Below are positions 29,023-41,286 of a stretch of DNA of 64,000 nucleotides, in pieces. How positions within the stretch are numbered: position 1 is the stretch's first letter; every line of letters starts with the position of its first letter. Under the pieces are notes generated by a model, which saw nothing but the letters and a program-made list of their open reading frames with translations, was not told where the DNA came from and ran no database searches. Made by a program: the position numbers and the translations under genes. The DNA is from Podarcis melisellensis (Eukaryota): NCBI GenBank assembly GCA_964234715.1, contig OZ174283.1; one strand, given 5' to 3'.

Positions 29023-29168
29023 TAGGGTTACCATATGTCCTCTTTTCCCAGGACACATCCGCTTTTTCATGGGTATATAAAGCGAGAATCGTCATAACAA
29101 TCCATAGTTAAAAGTAGAAGTCGCCAAATGTGTCCTCTTTTTTTGCTCTTCAAAATATGGCAACCCTA
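29023..29168. mobile_element. hAT (Tip100-like) MITE
   Basis: TIRs TAGGGTTACCATAT / ATATGGCAACCCTA with internal gtcctctttt repeats. The TSD is not recognisable. Confidence 0.7.
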
Positions 29169-29953
29169 GCAATGGTGCCCATCTGAGAGGTGCTGGAGCT
29201 GAGCTCCTGTGAGCACTGACTGAAGAAAAAAAAGCCCTGAATATGTATATATAATAAAGAAACCACTGTCTCTGCTGTGCCTTGTTCCCCCTGGAATCTC
29301 ACACTGCTCAGAGACAGGGATGGTGTACAACAGCAGGGTTGAAGGACTGTGCCAATTACAAATGCTGCTCTGGGGTAGAGGGCTGAGGATTATTAAAGTG
29401 AAAATTCTGTGACCTGTTTCACCAAAGAAAAAAATGAACCACCATGTTGAAGTAATGCAATCATCACTTTTTACCAGGACTGGTTCCAATGATATGCCAG
29501 TGGCTGAGCTATGCAAAAAGCCTCCTCATGAACAATGTAACTTCAGAAATCACAAGATTACAGCTATGATGTTGCATGTAGCATAAGACTAGACTTGGCA
29601 GAAGAACAGACTGCTTATATGAGCTGCTTGCTTAAGCAAGTGAGCTGATAGTTGTTCCAGATAAAGCATGTGAAGTATTTTAAAACTGTGGAAATGCTAG
29701 GATGAATGCTCCCAGATTGGCAACAGGATTGCACTTAATAATAATAATAATAATAAATTGTTTATACCCCAACCCATCTGGCTGGGGAAACTCAGTGGCC
29801 CCACCACTCCTCCTACGCTGATTCAGTATGACTACTGCAAGAGCCTATTTGTGTAGAATCTGAAAATGCAAATACACTGTAAGCACGATCAGTTATCCTG
29901 CACTTTTTAATTTTGGAGGTACACAGGCTTTTTCAGAACTTACACTAAGCAAG

Positions 29954-30395
29954 TGTCAGGTGCTGTTGCAGTTGCTCGTGAGTAAGCAAGCAGGACTCTG
30001 ACTTGTGTTTTACAGGCTTTATTTTGGTGCAAACTATTTACAGTGAAGAGCCCCGAGGCTCATGTCTGGCTCAATCGCTAGCAGAATTCGGGAGTGGTCT
30101 TTTTTTGTACCTCCTCCAACATAAAAGTTTTGTTACCCCCAACCGTTTCCGCCCCTCCCTGCGCCCAAGACTACTGTGCAGGATGGGCAATGGCAAGGGC
30201 GTGCTTCCCCCCTCTCCAGCTTGCTCAGGAGCAGCGTTAAGGCTCTCACTAGCATCCTCTGGTCCTTGAACTTCTTCCCCACTGGAGGTGGGGCTTTCCT
30301 CCTTTCCGGAAGAGGAGCTGCTTCGCAAGATTTTTGGAGGCTCCCTGTAACACAACTGCCCTTTACGCCTATGAGCCAATGGCAGTTTCCTGACA
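29954..30395 (-). mobile_element. Solo LTR copy A (probably Gypsy/Ty3), with open frame 30394-30071
   Basis: Ends TGTCAGG...CCTGACA; 5-bp TSD gcaag/acaag (one mismatch). Homologous to copies B and C. Confidence 0.85.
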
Positions 30396-31104
30396 ACAAG
30401 TAACAGTGAAGAGGTAACAGGGCTGATTCTCTTCCTCCCTGCACATCCTGCTTCCTCTGTTTACATACATACTGAAAACTAAAATACCACAATCGTACTG
30501 CCACTGCTACTACAACTACTACAAATAGCAGCATTATTATTATTAGACTGCCACTGTTTTACTGAGGCGGAGACGTGGCAGCTGAAGAGTGTATGGGATA
30601 TCACATTGATAAATGTGAAAGCCAGGCAACCTGGAAAGTCTGCTCAATCTGTTCACACTTGGCTGAGTTGCTGCAAGTACAAAATAAATAGCATTCTTCT
30701 AGAGCTGAGCTTGTGTGCTTGGACTAACAAATTTTGTTGGGCAGAAGAAAGGGCATACATTCAATAAACGCTTTCCAAACTCTTAATTCAGCTTTCTTAC
30801 TGCGACGCCAAGGCTGGTGCTGACACAACGATCACTAATGACCCCGCCACAGTCACAGTGTGACCATTTGAAATCTGGCTAATGACTATCGTAACAGCCA
30901 GGGTTCTGCTTGTGTACTGATAGGGTTTAATTTATTATGTGTCTCCTTGCACAAGATTGGAAATTGTACCTGAAAATTATGGAGGAAGGCAAATTCTTTG
31001 CTGTCACGAAATATCAGGAAAAAGTTGACCAATTGGACCTGGGGATACAGTTCTCCGTTAGTTCCCGCATTGTGTTGGAGCTGATAAGCAGACCTGAAAA
31101 TTAA

Positions 31105-31396
31105 TTTGTAAAAATCACTGCCACAGGATGGGGTAATGGCCACGACCTTAGATGACTTTAAAGGGGGGTTAGAGAAATTCATGGGGAACAGGTCTATCCA
31201 CTGCTATCAGCCATGAGAGCTAAACAGAACCTCAGAAGTAGCCTGCCACTGAAGACTAGTTGCTAGGTAACAGACAATGAGGGACAGCTATTGCTTTCAT
31301 GGTCTCCTAGAAGCATTTAGCTAGCCAGTGGGAGAAAAAAGGATGCTAGACTAGGTGAACCTTCAGCTGATTCAGCAGGTCTCTTCTAGCATTCTT
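31105..31396 (+). mobile_element. CR1 LINE 3' end
   Basis: tcactgccacaggatgg..atggccac...gactttaaaggggggttagagaaattcatgg (SLPQD..MAT..DDFKGGLEKFM) followed by the CR1 3' UTR. Confidence 0.8.
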
Positions 31397-32929
31397 GCCT
31401 CTGGTTTAAGACACATTACCATTATTTATTCAGGTGATTTTGTGTGAGATTAGGGTTGGAATCTATCAGTTTTAGTACTATCTGTTTCACATTTCCCCAG
31501 TCTTAAATTCAATTCCCCCATTATTTCACATCAGTTTGTACTTTTAAAAAGTCATCATGAAAATTAAACAGCATTTCAATGGAAATTTCTCCTTAATAAA
31601 CACATTTTTGTATGCCGTTTTGATTAATATACACATTTTTGCAAGCAATTTCCCCTAATGGATGCACTGCCACTGAGTGCCAGTTCCCATACAACACCCC
31701 CAATTTCACCCAAGTTTACTCCTTCCATGAAAAGATCCCAGTAAGTTTTAACAAGAATGACAAAAATGTTTCCAACAACACGTTTGTGAGATCTGAATGA
31801 CCCATATTGAGACCCTCATCTTGAAGCACCACTAATGAAGGAGAGTTTTCCTAAATGTACAACCACTTTCTTCCATGCAGGCAAGGAAGATGAACTGTGA
31901 CAAATGAATATGTCACCTACAGGGAGTAATTGGAAAAAATTCTCTGTGCAGGAGGGAAGCAGGTAACTTGCATGTCAAGTACACTTGCTGAAATCGCCTC
32001 TTCTGAACAACTATTATTGCTGCAGGAACCCTGTCCTCATTTTTCAGCTGGCCACCCTAGAAGCAGAATAATATGTATTCATAAATGTACATTCCCCCCA
32101 GCATATACTATTTCATAATCTATCACTGTATACCTCCTGTGTCTACAAAAACAGCCAATTGATTTTAAAGTTATCTCAAACTCTTTTTTTAATCCAATAC
32201 TGCTACCCCAGCAAAAGCACTGCTTCACTGAATGACCCAGGTCAATTCAATTAGTCTCCTGACAATGGATTCATTCTCCAGTTCCTGTAAAACTGGAAGG
32301 GAAAAAAGGAACAAATCACTGTAAATAAGATGCTTTATCGCAGATAAGCTGTCCTGAGTGTATATAAAATTTAAGATACCTTTTATGTCCACAGTACTGT
32401 TGTTTACTTTGGGGAAGTAATAAAATTCAGGGCTTGTTTAATCATAAAGAAACCACACCAGGAAAGCTCCAGAGCACAACTCTGCTGATAAAGAGATTGG
32501 AAATTAAAATAGAAGAGGTCAGGATCTGCACCACAGGTTGGCAACCTGAGGCCCTAAAGCTGCATGCATCCATCAGCCTAATTTTATGCAGCCCTCCTTG
32601 GCTTAATTTCAAAAGTTATCTGTTTCAAGCAATCAGTTCAGGGAGATCTGAATTGAGCAATTTGTCCCTCCCTTCTCAGACTACTGGGCTGGAGGAAGAG
32701 AGGGTAAGAGAAGGGCGTGGAAAAGAGATTTTAAAAAGAGGTGTTGGAAAGAGTAAGGCAGGCAGGGTGGCAGGAGCAGCTTGCTCCCATCTCTCTATCA
32801 TGAGACAAAGGTATTTGAGAGCGGAAGCAGTAAAGGAGTCTAGAAATGTTGTGAAATGCTGAAAAGCTGCAGAATCATTTAGCATGCTGAATCACTGTGA
32901 CTCATCTTGTATCTGCTTGCAGGCAGGCT

Positions 32930-32932
<3 letters not shown>

Positions 32933-32962
<30 letters not shown>
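32933..32962. repeat. (GT)n microsatellite, inside a possible LTR remnant (~32700-33185)
   Basis: Repeat seen directly. Downstream AGTAAA and a terminal ...gataACA are LTR-like, but no 5' end or TSD was found. Confidence 0.8.
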
Positions 32963-32969
<7 letters not shown>

Positions 32970-33765
32970 AGAGCCTGTGGTCTGTGAGGCCTGTGCTCAA
33001 TGGTGACTCTGTGTGACTCAATAACTCTGTGTATGCTCCGAAGCTAGTTTAATTTTCTGTTCACTATGCTGTTATTTGCAAACAAGTTTATTTTAACTCA
33101 GTAAAAGTTTTATGCTTTTACTAAAGAAGACTCTGTTATTAATTTATGTTATGCATCACTCTTTAGATAAGAGATGTTGATAACAGTCTTGACATTGAAT
33201 GGGCAAACGAGGGAGGGACTCACAAGGAACACCACCATCACCCCAAAACCTGGAGCCAACACTGAGGACAGTCAATCATAACACAGCCACTGTTTATGCA
33301 GGAGCAGTTCCTATTGTGAGGCTTCCATTTTCTTCTCAACCTTCCCTCCATCACATTTCAGGATTTATTCTCCCCACCACCACCCTGTTTTAGATAGCCT
33401 TGCTCATGCCCTCTCTCATGTTGAGAAATGTTTCTGTTGCAGTCTTCCCTCTGCTGCTTGCACAGTCTTTCCTCTCTGGGTTTGGTGTGTGCTTGATGCC
33501 TCCCTCTTTCCATCTCTAAATTTTGATTGCTGACTCTGTAATTCACAAAGGTCTGCTCCAACATCTGCTCAGTATAAATCACAACAGCCTGCCCAAACAC
33601 CAGTATGAATATTATATGAAGCATGAGGCAGTAAAGCATGAAAACTACAAATCACTCAGAATCTGTCAATAATTTTAGTCTCAGGGATCCAGCCAGGGAG
33701 AGGCATTCAGAGCTAGTCTGTGGAGCTGTAGCCAGATTTGCAAATAAACATTGTGTTAAGCATCA

Positions 33766-33828
<63 letters not shown>
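33766..33828. repeat. (TTA)n microsatellite
   Basis: Direct inspection; explains the poly-Leu ORF 33638-33877. Confidence 0.95.
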
Positions 33829-34532
33829 TACCTTTCCTGAGCAAATTTGCCTTTCTTTGGTCACCTCAGTGCATTGAAAGGTCACTATCCTGCTGGTACA
33901 GATGGTAAAATATCAAGTATTGCATGGTATTTTGGGTTCCAAAAAGAGTTGGAAACAAGTGAGAATGTTAAAAACCTTTACTGGCTAGACCTCTGTGGTG
34001 TAGTCCACATTGCAGAATTTGCTAGTGCTTCTATTACATTTCATCAGGGAATACATTGTAGTGGATTACAAAAGTTTCTTGAAACCCGTTATAAGGCATT
34101 TTTGTGTGTGCTTTTAGTGCTTTTGAAGCTTAAAATGTATTATTCAGCCTGGACTCCTGCCTCTTTTCCTGACAATGTTCTAGCCCAGGTATGGGAACAT
34201 GTAGCACTCCAGATGTTCAGACCACAACTACTAGCATTCCTGACCTCTGGACATACTGGACAATTTTGATCCAAATGGAAACAGGAGCAAAAAGTGCTGA
34301 TTTTCACTTATCTGTTCCATGTCTGGAATGGAAATCAATCCAAGATGGGATCCAGTTGTTGTTACTTTTAGTCTGCAAATGTTACGTAATTGATTGCAAT
34401 CTGCCTCCTCCCAGCTTTGCATTTTGTTTCCTTTACACTGAAATGAATGGGGTGGAATAACATAATAACAATTAATTACATAAAATGCATGTTACATAAT
34501 TGCATCATGGTGGACAGCTAGATGAGTAACAC

Positions 34533-34652
34533 AGGGTGATAGTCAACTAAGTTTTACTCAGAGTAGACCTAGTGAAATTAGTGGATATCAATAAGTTAGG
34601 TTAATTAATGTCAGTAGGTCTACTCTCGAGTGATACTTGTTTGAATACCACC
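34533..34652. mobile_element. Short palindromic MITE
   Basis: Arms actcagagtagaccta / taggtctactctcgagt. A second copy lies at about 52629-52740. Confidence 0.6.
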
Positions 34653-34655
34653 AAT

Positions 34656-34659
<4 letters not shown>

Positions 34660-34702
<43 letters not shown>
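34660..34702. repeat. (TA)n microsatellite
   Basis: Direct inspection. Confidence 0.95.
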
Positions 34703-34708
<6 letters not shown>

Positions 34709-35059
34709 AAAACTGCCATGAATTGGAAGCAGTGCTGCATGTGGTGAATATAAAGAAGAATGAAAAGTGATGCGTTCTTACATCCCTAATGGAAGTTCGG
34801 ACATTTGGTGGGTCAGAGGTTCTCTGTTCTCATTCTGGTTCCTTATTAATTTGCGAGATTTATACCATGCCCTTCAATAAAATTATCAGAGCAGCTTTCT
34901 ATCTTTCCTTCAAATGCATCATGGAGAGAGGGACCAGCTCATACCCACTGGCTCTTGCCCACCAGTATCTGTGTGTTCAGCAAGACATTAGAAGAGCTCT
35001 ATATGAATAGGCATTTCATGCAATCAGGAGCTCTATTTGTTAATTCTGGATATATATTC

Positions 35060-35955
35060 TTGCTAAATAATCACAATACCCCCTAGGTAAGATCACACAA
35101 TGACCGCTCCCCGCTTAAAACGGGGGGCGCCCTTTGCGTGGACGCGTGCAGCCCCTAGATCTGGAGCGGCTCCAATAGCATAGGCTTGGCTTTGCCTTCC
35201 CTCAGGTGGGATACCTGGAGGTCTCCACCTACCTCAGTCAGTTGTCCAATCCCACCTGGGGGAAGCGTTGCCAAGGAGACCAGGCCAGGTAGGGGAGGGA
35301 TTACCTGCCCATACAATAGAGGGAGGATCTTACCTGGAAATCCTCACTTGGCTCCAGAGCTTCTCCCACCCTACCCACCCTCAGTTAATGTCTTATTTTG
35401 CAGGTTAACTTTTCTTCACAGGTTTTGCAGGTTAACTTTTCTTCACAGGTGTGCGGGCGCTGCTACGTTAAGGTCACTGTTAAAGGGCCGGAAAGGAATT
35501 TCCCTGCATTGGCAGGTTTCGCCTTTCCCGTAGCAAAACGTCACAACTTTGGCGGTATCAGACCTTGGGCGGAATCCTTTAGTCCATCTTCCTCTTTGTG
35601 GCGGCGATACCAGGGTTCCCCGTTAAAGGGGTTTTCTGAAGAGAGGCTTTGACCATACGCCGAAAGGTCGTCATTGCTCTCCCCTGCCTCGTAACGGGGG
35701 CGGCTATCTCTGCTTGAACATATGTTCTCCAGAGCCGGCCCATCCCCCCCACACACACTGGATAACCCTGATGCTCCCTAGGTCCCCGGCTGGGGACTGG
35801 GGAGGGAGAACGCTCAATGCCTGAGCCAAGGTCTACCCACATTTGAAATTTAATAAAGTTGTGGCCAATTTAATCCCATAGCACGTTGTCTTGAGTCGTT
35901 ATTCCACATGACGAGGGGACCGCGCGGGATCTGGGGACTCCGCCTGTCCATGCAA
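35060..35955 (+). mobile_element. Young CpG-rich element, DIRS/Ngaro-like terminal or non-autonomous fragment
   Basis: Sharp GC/CpG island bounded by TTGC...GCAA. Internal TTGCGTGGAC...agatc (35134-35160) is complementary to the right terminus. AATAAAgttgtggcc lies near the 3' end; no clear TSD. Confidence 0.5.
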
Positions 35956-36049
35956 TTTGATTTTTATAAGTTCAGAAATTTAGCAAACTAAGTCTCCAGT
36001 ATGGTTTATAATAAATTTTAGATGATCACTATATATGTATTTAGATGAA

Positions 36050-36105
36050 TATATACATATACATACATACATACATACATACATTCCATATATATATGTA
36101 TGTAT

Positions 36106-36154
<49 letters not shown>

Positions 36155-36156
36155 AA
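36050..36156. repeat. Compound (TACA)n/(TA)n microsatellite
   Basis: Direct inspection. Confidence 0.9.
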
Positions 36157-37011
36157 CAAACATTCAGAAATAATATGTAAGTGCAGAGCCTAATTTTCTC
36201 TCTCTCATTCTTCGGACTGAAATTACCTGTGTTTGTTTTCCTCTAGACATTACAGGAAGTGAATGGGTTTTTCATTAACTCCATCTGGCTTGCAGATGTC
36301 ATTTATGGTTACAGCCAAAAATATGTCTCTCTAAAATCTGCTATCAGGATACTTAGTCATTTTTACAACTGGTCCAGAAAATTCCTGCATACATTGGTGA
36401 TGTTCTTTTTTCTCTTCATTTCTCATGGAAAGTTGTTTTGATGACTTATCCTTCCTTTCTGCTGCAAGTTCACTGATGATATAAGAAAGAAGTCAGGTGG
36501 GGAAGACCATTAAAGGTACTGCTGAACTTTGCATGAATGCATACTGAGGCCATAATAAAAATATTGTGTTAGAACAGGCTAAAACAAAGGTAAAACTCAA
36601 TAATTGTAAGATCTCTTGTGATGGATCTAATTTCTGCAAAACGGATTCAGCAGCCTTGCTTGATGCAAAAATCATCTTTGGGCTGAACATCAGTTATTCA
36701 GCAGCCCTAGATTTGCACTTGGTGTAAAATTAATCATAGCACTGAAAAAAGTTACTGTATTCATAGCCATGCAGTCCTACTGGTTAATGTTCTCAGATTA
36801 GAAAACAGAAAGTTTTCTAAGATGTAGGCTTCACCCTCTCACCTTTCAGACTTGTTGTTTTCCACCAAGGTCTAGCTGCTGAAATTTGAACAAGAACATT
36901 TGGCCTTGCAGTGGAGAAGAATTAATAGTGCACCTACCATTACCTGGTATTTTCATGTGGCATTGGTTCTACCTCTTTCTTTCTGGAAACCTAACTATGA
37001 TTGTTGGTAAC

Positions 37012-37465
37012 TGTCAGGGAACTGCCATCGGCTCAGGGAGGAGAGGGGAAAAGCCGGATGGATTACAGAGAGCCCCCAAAGATCGTGGGAAGCAGCACCT
37101 CCTCAGCAGAGGAGAGTAACCACGCCTCCAATGGAGAGGAGCTTCAGGGCTCAGAGGAGGTGAGGTGGTGCCAGGACACCTTGCCTGAGCAAAGTGGGGA
37201 GGAGAGAGGTCCTCCGTTACCCACGCCCTCCCTGCGCAGTAGGCTTCCGTGCCAAGAGGGGAAGTGCAGATTGGGCATCAAGAAACTACTCTGCTGGGGA
37301 AGGTTTAAGGACCGCCCACTCTCAGATTCTGCCAGTGAATGAGCAAGCCACGGAATAGAGGTGCTCTGCATGGTGAAGGGTTTTTGGCATCAATAACAAG
37401 GCTTTACAGCTGACCAAGGAGGCATTTGCCTGATTGCTCTCGAGTAGCCCCCTGATATCATTACA
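37012..37465 (+). mobile_element. Solo LTR copy B, with open frame 37013-37342
   Basis: TGTCAGG...CATTACA with a perfect 5-bp TSD GTAAC (37007-37011 / 37466-37470). Confidence 0.9.
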
Positions 37466-37649
37466 GTAACTGATAAGAGAGTGCTCCATCTGAGAGTTCG
37501 ACATGTTTGGAGTATCTGGGTTTGTCAGCTTAGCAGGCAGAAAAAAGCAGCAAATAGCCAGACAATGACAGGCAAGGAGTGGAACTGGAAGACAGATCTG
37601 TGTTGAAGTTAGACACAACATCTCAATATACTGCAGTTTGAGGGCAGGA

Positions 37650-37925
37650 AACATAAGCTGCCTTATATTGAGTTAGACTATCAGTTCTGACTACACCAGT
37701 AGCAGCTGAGGTGGTGCCCTCCAAATGTTATTGGACTACAACTCTCATCACCCCCAGCTTTTAGCCATGTTGGTTGGGGCTCATGGAAGCTGGAGTACAA
37801 CATCTGTAGGGTATCACAACATCTTCCCCTGACAGTGACTCTCCAAGATTTCAAACAAAGTTCTTCTTCTGCCAGGCCTACCTGGAGATTCCAGATCTTT
37901 TGCATGCAGATCTGCTATGGGCTCT
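37650..37925 (-). mobile_element. Squam3-like SINE interrupted by a hairpin MITE (~37705-37830)
   Basis: Tail ggaaacataagctgccttatattgagttagac and head ttttgcatgcagatctgcta flank a ccctccaaatgtt..ggactacaact...gagtacaacatctg hairpin. Confidence 0.55.
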
Positions 37926-39654
37926 GGGTCTGTCCATTTTGGAGGAGAAACAAAGAAAGAGGAAGGACTGTTCACATGACCACTGAGAGAGTGGCAACAA
38001 CATTCTGTATGTGTCAGCTTCTAGTGTTTGTTTTGTATGCTGAGGAGGGAACCAATTGGGAGAAAATTTTGAAGTATATTGAATCTTCAGGATGAACAAG
38101 TTATAGATTTCCAGAAATCAATTAACCATTACTTTCCAGGTATTAATGCAGCATTATCAACACACCACCACCAATTGTATAAAAGCAAATCAGCTTTTCA
38201 TGCTCCTCTCCCCAAGCTGGGCTGCAGCATTCACTTTTCTAATTCATCTTTATATAGTCATCTAGAATTCACAGCCTTGCACTGTAAGTTAGCAAGTCTT
38301 GGTTGCTTGGTAACACAATCCTCTCAGTGATTTGTTACAGACAAAGCTCTGATGGGGAAAGCACTGAATATTTTGAGTCCATCCTTGCACAGCAGTTTAA
38401 TATCCAAATGCTCTGTTTGCACATTGATAGGTTGCTACCTCTAAAATCACACATGTAAATCTGAATGTCGCCATCCAAATTACTTTTATGGAAGGTACAA
38501 ATACATTGGAAATGTGAATTTTTGAAAATTCAGCCCTTTCTATAAACAGGTAATTAATGATCCTTAGAATTTATGTATTTTAATCTGTAAAGAATCATCC
38601 TTTTGGATCTAATGCCTGGAAAAAAAGTGTCTGTGTATAGCTTGCACACTGTGCCGTAAATGTTTTGTTGCCAGCAAATAGAGCCAGCCATCCAAGCACA
38701 ACTTTACAGATTGGATGGCTTCTGAATAATCAAGATTATCTTTTATGCTCTGCCAATATGTGTTTGCACATGTAAATAAACTACAGTGGCAGTCAATGAG
38801 CACCACAGGAGTGTATGAACGCAGTCCTAAAGATAAGATTAAACAGACACAAATGGCCAAACACAACACAACAAGCACTCCTGTCAAATTATTAAATAAC
38901 TAATTCATTAAGCCACACAGCCAAGCTGAGAAGCTGGCTATTTGTGTGTGTAGTCTCAGTGTGGTTTGGATAATTGGGACCAGCTGTAATACAGTTTTGG
39001 TTTTGGAAGGAATCCAACATTACTTGAAGGCGACATGGCTATACGGATATTGACTGCAAAGTGGACCGTGCGTGTGTAGGGCTGAGTTCAAGCTGCCTTT
39101 CCACATGCAGTTTTTTTTTGAGATGACTCAAGCACTGACCAGCTTGTCGAACAATCACAAACCAGCTGCAGCAGGCTGGAACCAGAATAGATTGGTGCAA
39201 GCAAATCATTTTAACTCCTTCAAACAATTCTTCTTTTGTGAACAGGCTTCATCCCACCAAAATCTCTATGCTTAGTTTCTAAAGGATTCTTTCAAATCTA
39301 AAAGGGGTTCATTACAAACATAAAAGAAAGACGAGATGATATGCACAACATTTCCAATTGTTTGTTTTTAATCAGATGTTTTTGTATGCCTCCCATTGCA
39401 TTTTCATAATTCAAACCCTTTTCTTTTCCTGGTGAGAGAGATTCTGTGGTGGAGAAATGCTACTTGTTTTAGCTAAGCCAGGACAGAAGGTGCATGTGTG
39501 TGTGGAGGGTTCGACTTTCATGGCTTTTTTCTTTCTCTTGCACTGACCCCAAACAAACAAGGAAACAAACGAACAATTAGCAGTATAGCACAATTTGCAG
39601 AACTTTGATTTGTTTGATGCCTGTCCTCAAAATACTGGGGATAGAAAGAACACA

Positions 39655-39825
39655 GAAACACAGGAAGCTGCCTTAAACAAAGATCACTAATATATTGGTC
39701 TGCACTGCACAGCAGTGTCTTCCCCAGGTTTCAAACTATGGACACTGCCAGCCCTACCTGGAGGGGCTGGGGGTTGAAACTGGGACCTTCTGCATGCAAG
39801 GCAAGTGTTCCACCCTAGAGCAATT
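39655..39825 (-). mobile_element. tRNA-derived SINE (Squam3-like)
   Basis: caggaagctgcctta tail, antisense B-box ggggttgaaactgggacc, and tgttccaccctagagc A-box region. Confidence 0.65.
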
Positions 39826-39959
39826 ACTCTTCTCCTGGAGAATAGTTAAAGTGTCCAAAAACACATTAGCTTTTCAGCTTTCACTGGATACATATTAGCA
39901 ACTACTGGCTCTCCAATGCATTGATGGAGGCATGGGGAGGCAATGAAGTAGGTGTATCC

Positions 39960-40410
39960 CATAGCTGCTGTTGCCTCATCTTTCAGAATAATTTGATGAA
40001 TAGGAGAAGTAGAGGCCACACATTGATGATGTCACATACCGACTCTCCTGGTGATCCCACTTGAAAGTCTGATGTAGATACTTACAAATATCAGGGGCCT
40101 TGAGGAACATAACAGTGTATAGTCCTTCAGAACACCATTGCAGGGTTGCTATGGACAAAGTTAAAAAGTTTCCATCACCACTTTCTGGAAACGACTATGA
40201 AAATAAGAACAGAAGGCATCTGGTTCCTCTTCCAGAAATCTTGTCCAAAAGTATACAATGGTTAATAATATCAAATGCTGTGAAGAGGTTCAGAATTATT
40301 GCCCCAGGAGAAGGACCCAGTCATGACGTTCTTCTCTTAGTGTTCATCAGGAGAACCAAGGCCAAACATAGGCCTGAAATCAAACTGAAATTGATCTGGT
40401 AGTCCCATAA
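39960..40410 (-). mobile_element. Old L2 LINE RT remnant
   Basis: Minus translation gives LNLFTAFDI (from LDLSAAFDT), RFQKVVM, a decayed GVPQGS region and HQC..LYFS (from HQYADDTQLY). Confidence 0.7.
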
Positions 40411-41286
40411 TTGTAGAAATACCATTATAAATTTCTGATATGGGAGAGGCATTTTCCTGGAGAAATGAGTCTGTATCTACTCAGGTGGATTCATCAAAGG
40501 GCATGTAATCACCAACTTATGCGAATTAAATAGCCACCTTTTAGGAACTACTGTTTAATCAAAAGGTTGTGTTTCCCTCATTACATGCTACATTAACCAT
40601 ATTTGAAAGAAACGACACACAAAAATCCATTGGAGAAAATGGTATCTAGACTATATATCCTGCTCTTGCTGCTAGGCTTGGACAAAAGCTTCCAGGGTTT
40701 AGAACTATAGCTGTTACCATGGCATGGTACAAATGCCCCTGTTCCCTTTCGTAAGAAATTGTAAGATACTAACAGTTTGCCCAATGTGAGAAGTGAAATG
40801 GCAATACACGCTGCACAGCACTGTCATATTAGGAGGACATTTCCTATGTCATGCTGAGCTCAAACGTGAAATGAGCATCCTCATCACTTGATTCAGCATA
40901 TGCCTCAGGATTTTCCATTTCCTTCAACCAATGCCAATATCCTTGCCAGCTGTCCTAACCCCTAAGTCACAATGGAGTAAACCTGTTTCAGCCATTTTGT
41001 GTTGTTTTTGAGTTGTGAATATTGTTTTAGAGACTGTTCAGACAACATAGGGGAGTCCAAAATTCAGCCCACAAAACTGGGCCTTAAGAAGAAACTGAAA
41101 CCTAAGGATAATAGGAACAGAACTATATGGGTTTTCTGAATGGCTGGTAGGCTAGATGGGGGAGTAGAAATGATGTATATAAATGAGGCAGATGAGTAAA
41201 GTGGGCATTGTTGTGGGAAGAAGTTGTAATTTGAAGAAAAGATGCAAAATTTGATCTTTTCTGAGTCACCGAAAATGGAAATGTAG

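Noticed and set aside
37013-37342. LTR ORFs as a host multigene family
   Set aside because: Each copy is bounded by TG...CA termini with a TSD and the conserved frame does not begin with ATG, so it belongs to the mobile element rather than to a host gene.
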